48,776 nt of DNA, taken from NCBI GenBank assembly GCA_030655095.1, contig JAURWF010000032.1:1-48776 (forward strand). Direction: 5' to 3'. Shown here one piece after another: positions 34,318-42,500 of this stretch (the first letter of the stretch is position 1; the number at the start of each line of letters is the position of its first letter). The position numbers and the translations under genes were made by a program. The notes beneath the pieces are model-generated. The model was not told the DNA's origin, searched no databases, and was given only the letters and a program-made list of their open reading frames with translations. The DNA comes from a bacterium (lineage in GTDB: Bacteria > Patescibacteriota > Patescibacteriia > Patescibacteriales > GWC2-42-12).

Positions 34318-35523
34318 TTACTGCAATCTGCTTAAAAAATCCAAAATATTCATATGCTTAACGCCTTCAACCCCGCCTTCAACCATTTTATCCATTGATA
34401 CCACTAATTTTGGATAATTATCTTTTATTGCTAAAAGATTACCAAACTCTCTTTCTTTAACAGCTTCGCTACTTATAAGATACGCAACTTGAATATAAAG
34501 TTTTTCTCCTTTTTTTTCACACACAAAATCAATTTCTTTTTTACCCAACTGACCAATTGTTACTTTGAACCCAGATACTTTAAGATGCATAAAAACCAAA
34601 TTTTCCAATATTTTATTAATATCAGTCTGTCTGTAGCCAATTATAGAATGTCTAAGTCCTAAATCTTCAAAATAATATTTTTCATTAATTTCAAAAATTT
34701 TTTTACCATTTACATCCGACCTTCTTACTTTAAAAATAAAAAATGACGATGCTAAAAAATGAATATAATTTAAAATTATATTAGGAGCCATTTTAATTTT
34801 TTGTGATTTCAAAAAATCACTAATTTTTTTTGCCGAGACTAAACTGCCTACATTATCAGCTAAATATTCAACAAGCCTTTCTAAAAAATCCAAATTACGA
34901 ATATTATACCGCTTAACCACATCTTTAAATAAAATTGTATTGTAAATATTTTTTAAATAGTCATACACAATTTGATCATTAAGTTCCAGATTTATTAAAT
35001 ATGGCAAACCACCATATTTAATGTATTTAAACAACGCCTCTTCGGTATTTACAAGTTTATGAAAAACTAAAAATTCCGGATATGACAAACTAAAAACCTC
35101 AATTTCAACATATCTACCCGAAAGACATGTCGCCAACTCCGATGACAACATATTAGCATTAGAACCTGTGCAATAAATATCATGTTTACCTCCGGCCGAT
35201 AGATCTCTTAAAGCTTTTTCAAATTTTATTATATCCTGAATTTCATCAATAAAAATATACTTTTTCTTATTACCAGCTAATTTTTTTATATAAATAAGAA
35301 GATCCTTGTAATCTTTAATCATCTCAAACTCATATAGCTCTTTATTAATATAAATTATATCATCTCTTTTAGCGCCCTTTTTTATCAACTCATCCATAAT
35401 TTGAAAAAGCAAATAACTTTTTCCGACTCGCCTTTGCCCAACAATAACTTTAATAACATTTTTATTAAAAAATGGCGCTAGTTTTGCTAAATAGAAATTT
35501 CTTTTAATATATCTTTTAATCAT
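34318..35523 (-). CDS. AAA+ ATPase of the AAA_14/DUF4143 type
   Basis: 401 aa. Walker A GQRRVGKS. Walker B YIFIDEIQ. The C-terminal portion follows the DUF4143 pattern. Confidence 0.8.
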   Translation of the reverse strand: MIKRYIKRNFYLAKLAPFFNKNVIKVIVGQRRVGKSYLLFQIMDELIKKGAKRDDIIYINKELYEFEMIKDYKDLLIYIKKLAGNKKKYIFIDEIQDIIKFEKALRDLSAGGKHDIYCTGSNANMLSSELATCLSGRYVEIEVFSLSYPEFLVFHKLVNTEEALFKYIKYGGLPYLINLELNDQIVYDYLKNIYNTILFKDVVKRYNIRNLDFLERLVEYLADNVGSLVSAKKISDFLKSQKIKMAPNIILNYIHFLASSFFIFKVRRSDVNGKKIFEINEKYYFEDLGLRHSIIGYRQTDINKILENLVFMHLKVSGFKVTIGQLGKKEIDFVCEKKGEKLYIQVAYLISSEAVKEREFGNLLAIKDNYPKLVVSMDKMVEGGVEGVKHMNILDFLSRLQ

Positions 35524-35577
35524 ACCTAAAACTTTTTATTAATTGTTTATATCTTTTAATCATACCTAAAACTTTTT
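35509..35577. repeat. 29-bp direct repeat, copies B (35509-35537, spans the ATPase start codon) and C (35549-35577)
   Basis: atatcttttaatcatacctaaaacttttt twice, 11 bp apart. Confidence 0.9.
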
Positions 35578-35580
35578 TAA

Positions 35581-35629
35581 CTGTCTAAGCTGTCTGAACC
35601 ACTGACAGTTTCTGCGGTTCAGATAACTT
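35581..35629. repeat. Family 1 repeat (hairpin variant); supplies the stop codon of the HEPN gene
   Basis: ctgtctaagctgtctgaaccactgacagtttctgcggttcagataactt. tctgaacc and ggttcaga can pair. Confidence 0.8.
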
Positions 35630-36005
35630 CCTTTTTTATTCCTGCTAATAAATCTTTAAAATGTTTAAGCACGTCGGGTAATTTACTATAAACCTCTTCT
35701 GCTATTTCTTCTTTATAAGTATGAACTGTTTCATTACGCATATCAACAAAATTCATCCAATCATCGCTGTATTTAATAATCCCTTGCTGATAAGCTTCAC
35801 GAAAACATTCTTTAGGCGAGCGACAAATAATCCCATTATTTTCCTCTAAAAATGCCTTAACCATCTTCCATGACAAATCAAGTGTAAACTCAAAACGTTG
35901 AATAGCAGAATCACGAACAATATCAGATTCTGGAACATCTAAAACTTCGGTAAAACGAATTAACGCTTTTTCAAATTGTTTAATAATTGCTTCTAATTTT
36001 TCCAT
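35619..36005 (-). CDS. HEPN-domain protein, HI0074-type nucleotidyltransferase substrate-binding subunit (putative toxin)
   Basis: 128 aa. RDSAIQRFEFTLDLSWKMVKAFL. Rx4H motif RNETVH. Confidence 0.85.
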   Translation of the reverse strand: MEKLEAIIKQFEKALIRFTEVLDVPESDIVRDSAIQRFEFTLDLSWKMVKAFLEENNGIICRSPKECFREAYQQGIIKYSDDWMNFVDMRNETVHTYKEEIAEEVYSKLPDVLKHFKDLLAGIKKEVI

Positions 36006-36010
36006 ATTTT

Positions 36011-36319
36011 TTATAAAATAAATTCTATATTATGTTGCGCGACAGTTTTAAAATCACTAGACACAGTTTTAAAATCAACAACATCAATTTTGTAAAGAAT
36101 CGGTAATTCTTCTATTTCCTCTTTTATCTCGCTCATAATTTTAAGTGAAATTGGCTCTTGCCCTTCTATCCCAATATCAATATCTGATCGCTCGTCTCCT
36201 TTACCTGTAACACGAGAACCAAATAAAAAAACACGATATTTTTTAAGATCAAGATGTTTACCAATAATCTCTAATATCTCTTTTTTTAATTTTTCTGTTG
36301 AATAATGTTTAAGAAACAT
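36011..36319 (-). CDS. Minimal nucleotidyltransferase (MNT, putative antitoxin)
   Basis: 102 aa. LFGSRVTGKGDERSDIDIGI (GS...DxD). Sits 5 nt upstream of the HEPN gene. Confidence 0.85.
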   Translation of the reverse strand: MFLKHYSTEKLKKEILEIIGKHLDLKKYRVFLFGSRVTGKGDERSDIDIGIEGQEPISLKIMSEIKEEIEELPILYKIDVVDFKTVSSDFKTVAQHNIEFIL

Positions 36320-36334
36320 AATCCATATTTATAA

Positions 36335-36522
36335 TTGTATTTGTATTTGTAATTGTATTTGTATTTGTATTTGTAATTTTCAGTATTTTCAGCGCCCCTC
36401 AGAAACTGTCAGTGGTTCAGACAATTGTAATTGTAATTGTAGCTTTCAGTATTTTCAGAGAGCCTTTCAGAAACTGTCAGTGGTTCAGAGAGCCCCTCAG
36501 AAACTTTCAGTGGTTCAGACAA
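36335..36522 (+). repeat. gtattt/gtaatt microsatellites plus three family 1 copies
   Basis: ttttcagtattttcagcgcccctcagaaactgtcagtggttcagacaa (36377-), ctttcagtattttcagagagcctttcagaaactgtcagtggttcagaga (36444-), gcccctcagaaactttcagtggttcagacaaac (36490-). Confidence 0.9.
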
Positions 36523-36523
36523 A

Positions 36524-39500
36524 CTAATAACACCCAATTTCTGTGATAGTGGCAATCGCTGAACATTTCGCACTAGTGTTACAATCTTTACTTCCACCAT
36601 CTCCATCCTTATCCCATCGATGCCGTGCCGTACAAGATTCTTGCTTCTTATTCATAAAATTATGATCAAGCACATTACAACTTACCCAACCGTAACTATT
36701 TCCTCTATCATCACCACCAAAATTGCGAACACCATCTTTACCTAAACATTGATAACCATCCTCTTTCCACTCAGAGCAGTTACTCTCAATCTTACTTCCA
36801 GAGCCCATGCGATGCTCTGCTACTTTTTGTGTCGTGCTCCAATCCCCATACTTATTCCACTCAGTCCTGCCATTGCTATTACAATCCCCCCCAGGCAATC
36901 TACAAAAATAAACTGTTGGATATTCTGTACCGTTTAATGTTGTGCTGTTACCAACTCTGTCTGTAATTATTTCACCAGCATCATTAGTAACCTGCCAACC
37001 AGCATTATCAGCTGGACTAACACCACTAGCATGCGCCCAAACAACACCTCCAGCGTCCGCACATTGTTTTCTTCTATGCTGCACAGCAGTCACTACCGGA
37101 CGCACTAAATTATCTGAACACCCACTCTTATTGAACTCGCATTGTTTATAACTCTCGCTTGTACTACTACTTATATTACTATGATTATTGCAACCTAGGC
37201 TACCATGCAAATAATCAGTATATCCATCATGATTAAATTCAGTTGCCTTCTTCCAACAAGATTGCTGATTCAAAATAGGATTTATCATATCTTTCTCATT
37301 CCAATCACAATGCTCACCATTTGCCGTTTGAACAGCCCCATCTCCACACCAACCATCATCCCAATAACATTTATTGCAGGAATATTGATCAAGCCTATTT
37401 GAGCCAGTACTTATTTTAGTATCTATTCCATTGCACTTATCGCCATTATTAGAGCCACAATCACAGTCTTCTTCACCATTTACTTTTCCGTCGCCACACC
37501 ATTCACTTACACGGCTAGTTTCAGGTGGCGCTGACCACCAAAGTAAACAAACATCTGGATCTCCTGGAGAGCGATCATATTCAAGACAATGACCATACCA
37601 ACCTTTATATCTCATACCAGAATCATCATTATAAGCGCAAGACAATGAATCATTTTTTGGATAAAGCCGACAAGATTGCGGAGTATACCATTTACCATTA
37701 ACGCCATAATTTGTAACGCCATAATTTGCTGATTCTAAAACTGGTCTAATTTTTACATCATCAAAATAATAATCTCCTAAAGCATTGTCGCTAGCTGTTA
37801 AAATAACTTTAATTTTCGTAGTACTTGCTTGAGTTTTAAATGCTTTGCCTCCAATTTTTCCAATCTCAAGCGTCCAAGGTTTTGAAGAATCAACACTTAT
37901 AACAGTTGAGGAGCTAATTAGCTCTTCTGTTGTGCTACTTGCAATAGCAATTAATTTATATTCCTCTATTTTTATTTTTGCTTGTCCTCTGTTCATTCTT
38001 TGAGTATTAACATAAGCAGTAAGTACATACTCTTGATTGTATCTTACTGGAATACTTACGCTACTAGTAAGCGTTGAAACTTTATTATCAGCTGTTAATT
38101 TTACAAAATTCCTACCTTCTGGCGCATAAACATAGCAATCTCCATTATTATCCTTTTTAAAACAAATTTTTTCATCTTGCGATTCTATAGGATCATCAAT
38201 AATTTCACATTGTGCTATCTCGTTTATTTTTTTATACTCATTAATTATTTCTTTAATTATTTCTTTGCATTTTTCCAATACAGTTGTTGATGTGGTTGTT
38301 GATGCCATTAATATCTGACAATTACTATTTTTAAATAAATTTTTCTGCGTTTGCTCATCAGCTTCTTTGCCTTTGTATCCACAATCCCAATTAGTAGGCC
38401 AATCAGGATCTTCTGTGTTGTAAATAACGCTCTCAGTGCCAGAGGCATCTGTAGTAATTGTATTTTTATATAAAACAGATTCAAATTGACCGTTAAGAAC
38501 ACTCGCTGTTAAACCAATAGCGGAAGCTTGTCCTAAAGGATAATAATCATTTGGATAAAAACTTACACTAGAATTAGCCCAACCAACTTTGGCATAACCA
38601 GACATATTACTCATAGCTTCGGCAGTAATAGTGCTGGTGGCTGTCTGGTTTTGTTTTACAGTATTACTAATAAACCGAGAACAACTTCCGCTATCATTAA
38701 ATTTATTACAAACACCCACTTTTTCACACACTCCGCCAGGAACACCCGCTACCTGCGTTATTGTTTCACAAGCTAACCATTTATCACAAACACGATCAGG
38801 AGAAACTTTTAATAATTTATTAGCATTATTATTTACATCTCCCTCCGCAGTCTTACCGCTACCATCATTTTCGGTTATATTAGCATTAAACGTTAAATTA
38901 GATAAACTACTACCATTTTGACTTCTTTCATTAAATAAAACACACCCTTTTTCAAAATCAACCATCCCATTGCAATCACCTGCGTTCATATTCTGCTTTA
39001 AATTATATCCAACAACAGCACGTCTAAGCTCTACATCTGTACCAGTTAGAATACACTGAACACTATCACTAGTGTAAAATTGTTTACTACTAGTCGCAGT
39101 CGCTGAAAGACTATTAACTGCTACTAAATTATTTTTATTTATTAATTCATAAATTACCCCGTTACTATAGTTATCTCTCATAAAATCTCCTGCAGAAGAA
39201 CAATAATAATTAATACAATTATTTCTATTTATTTGACTAGAACAGTTTCTAGTAATACAGGCCTGCAGCGCAACCGTATCAAAAATCGGATTATTTATAT
39301 TGCAGTTTATGCTTCCATTTTTAAAAATATAAACTGTATTTGGCTCAACTTTAACAGTTGCGGTAGCTATATCCATTGAAAATTTACTGATTGGATCAAT
39401 ATATTCTGTACAACCAGCTTCTCTTGCTGGGCAAATTCCTGCCCACATATCTTTAGGTTGAGAAACAGAAGCTCCGCCAGTGCCTAAAGTTTTTAATGTA

Positions 39501-42500
39501 TCTACTGGACAAACAATATCTATTGTTTCTAGACAGCTTACGCCAATAGCACAATCATTATCAGTTAAACAAACCGAATTAGCATTAACACCACCGCAAT
39601 GTTTAACTTTTTTCTTATACCAACCCCAACTGTCAGTAGCTTTTCCAGTTATCTGTCTCCAATCACAAACCATATCACCTGGACTTTTAAAATAGCTATC
39701 ACCATTGCCAGCAGTCCATTTTTGACAACCGATAGCATTTGAAGAACATAAAATCTCATTATACTTATCGGGTTTATTTTTCAAATAAACATTACTATAT
39801 AACAAACTAGTGTCATATTGATAAGGTTTGCCCAAAAGTTGGCAACCTTCATCATCAGCGTTACATTGTTTGCTTTTATCAAAAACAACATATTTTATTT
39901 TATCTTCAAGCACAGTAATTTTGCTAGGATCATTATCGTTAAAAACCTCTTTTTTATAATTATCAGAATTTTTAGTGTCTATCATTAATTCACAACCAAC
40001 AGCAGACTCTGCGCACAAATCACTAAAACTACGCAAATTATGAAGAACATTATCACGATCATTATATGCATCGCAACGCAACATAAATTGTGGCGAAATT
40101 GCACCATTCAAATCTCTATCGCAAATATCAGGAGTTTGCCACGAATCTTTAATTAAATAATAATGATCAACAACTTCAGTTAATCTAATATTATCAATAA
40201 AAAAATTACCATTAGCTTTAATAATTAATTTTTCAGAAATATTTGGCTCATGATCTAAATTTGTCAAATTAATTTTATAAGAATTCCAATTATTATTACT
40301 AGACAATATTGCTGTTGCAAAAGTTGAAGTAGCTAGATTATTAGTTAATTCAGCAGTTAATTGAGTAGCTGATCCTTTTTTAATTTCAAAAGACAAAATA
40401 TAGTCCTGCCCAGCAGAAATAGTCTGTCCGATAACAACGCCTGCACTATAATTTCCGACACTTACTGCAAGCGAATGACCAGGAGTAATCGCTGTTTCTG
40501 AAGATTGCTCAACTGTTGTCCCGCTAATACTCATCCAATCTTGTGTAGGATTTGATAAATCTTCAAAATTATTATTTAAAATAAAACGTATATTATTGCC
40601 CGTACTACCAACATATTCTCTGCAACCATTTTGCGAAGCCGAGCAAATCTTTCCTTGTCCAGGGATTGCCATATAAATACAAGCTGATTGGTCATCATCC
40701 CAAGTTCCTTTTCTCTCGCTACAAGTAGAGCTAGAATCATCGCTTAAAGCAGTTTTGCGATAAGGATGACAATCTTCTGAACAACTAATTGTATTATTAA
40801 CTAAATGATAAGAAATTTGCCCTGCACGATTATAAAATTGCCTGCAATCTGGCTGATAACTAGGATTATTAGATAAATATTTATAACTCGCCTCATTACA
40901 AACAACACTATCATTCTCAGTTACTTCGGGATTTTCCCCAGCCTTTTTTAATTTTACTACTCTTAATTGAAAACCTGATTTATCAGATCCCTCCCAACTA
41001 TAAAATTCGGCACATTGACCTGCATCAGGCTTAATGCATCGTCTTAATGCAGAATAATATTCTTTAGCTTCGGCTCCTTTGCCTAATTCATCTAAATTAG
41101 TAAATTCATCACAACCAATAGCTTCGGCTGAACAAGTTTTTGCTGTTTTTGGTATAAAATAAGAATCACTCAAAGAATCAAAAGAAGATTTGCTTTGAAT
41201 AAAAGTATTATAACCGACACAAACATCTGGACAATAATCTTTTGCTCTTACTTGTGCTGGAATCTTTACATTATCTTTAATAGAAGTATATAATTCACAA
41301 CCAACATCTTCAGCTTTACAATCTGTAACATATTTATCACATTCATTTGGATCATTAATTCCATCACAACTTAGATAACCGGGGGCATATTTTTGATAAA
41401 CAATACCATTTTCTCCATAAGAACTATAAGTTGTAGGATCGCCACGTTCTAATTTAATAGTATCAATAATACAAGAAGCTGAATTAATTTTAATTTTTAT
41501 AGTAGTAGAAGAAGCTGGCAAAATATATGAAGTTTCATATGTTTGCCAATCAGTTCCTGCATTTAATGGAACAACGGTTTGATCAGCTAATTGAAAATTA
41601 TTTCCTACAGCACACTCTTTAGCAGCAAAAGACAAGGAAAAAGACTCGCCAACTAATGCATTAACAGTAATATCTTCTTCTAAATTACCTGATAATAAAT
41701 TACCTGATAATTGCAAAGCCTTAGAGCCATCATATCCATCAGTTGTGCTTGCCATTCCATCCCAAATAGTTCCGGCAAAATCTTCTTCAAAACTAGAGTT
41801 AGTTAATAAATTAACACCTAATCCTGTTTTAAGCCTAATAAATTTATGACAACCCTCATTTGTTTGCTCACAAGTTTGAACATCTTTATCTAAATAAATT
41901 TTATTATTAGTAGAAGTACTTACATTAGTGCTATTGCAAGTAAATTTACTAGTAGAAGCATTATAGCTAGCACAATAAGCAAGACAACCAACATTATCAA
42001 CATTGCATTGTCCGTAATTTAAAGTATTTTCCAAATAAGACACTGTCTCGCCAGCTGATCCGCGAAAAGTTTGGCAAGTATTATATTTTGGCTCGCATGT
42101 TTTTACATCATTCCCAAATCTCCATTCTCTTCTTTCTTCTGTGCAATAACCATATATATCGCATTGTCCATTATTTTTTTCTTTAATACAGGATTGTTCA
42201 TCAGCGCAATATTCATCATTACGGGCGATTGTTAATTGTGAGCTAGCACCATCACCAGAAGTTTCCGCAGAAAGTATTTCATTGCCAGACCCTTCTCGTT
42301 TACAATAATTAAGAGGAGCTTTAAGTACCCAATTTGGATCAACTAATCCTCTGCACCAAGTAGCGTCATATCCTTTAAAATCATCGTCTGACGCAAAACA
42401 AGCAACCATCTTTTCCAAAGTATTATTTCTACCAACATCAGTAAGATCGCCAGAAATATCTTTAGAATGATCTTTAATGTATTGACCAGCAACCTCCCAT

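Noticed and set aside
36409-36606. 65-aa ORF at the giant gene 3' end, and similar ORFs 44505..44687 and 44530..44781
   Set aside because: They are translations of family 1 repeat DNA (SEPLKVSE..., LSVVQ...) and not genes.
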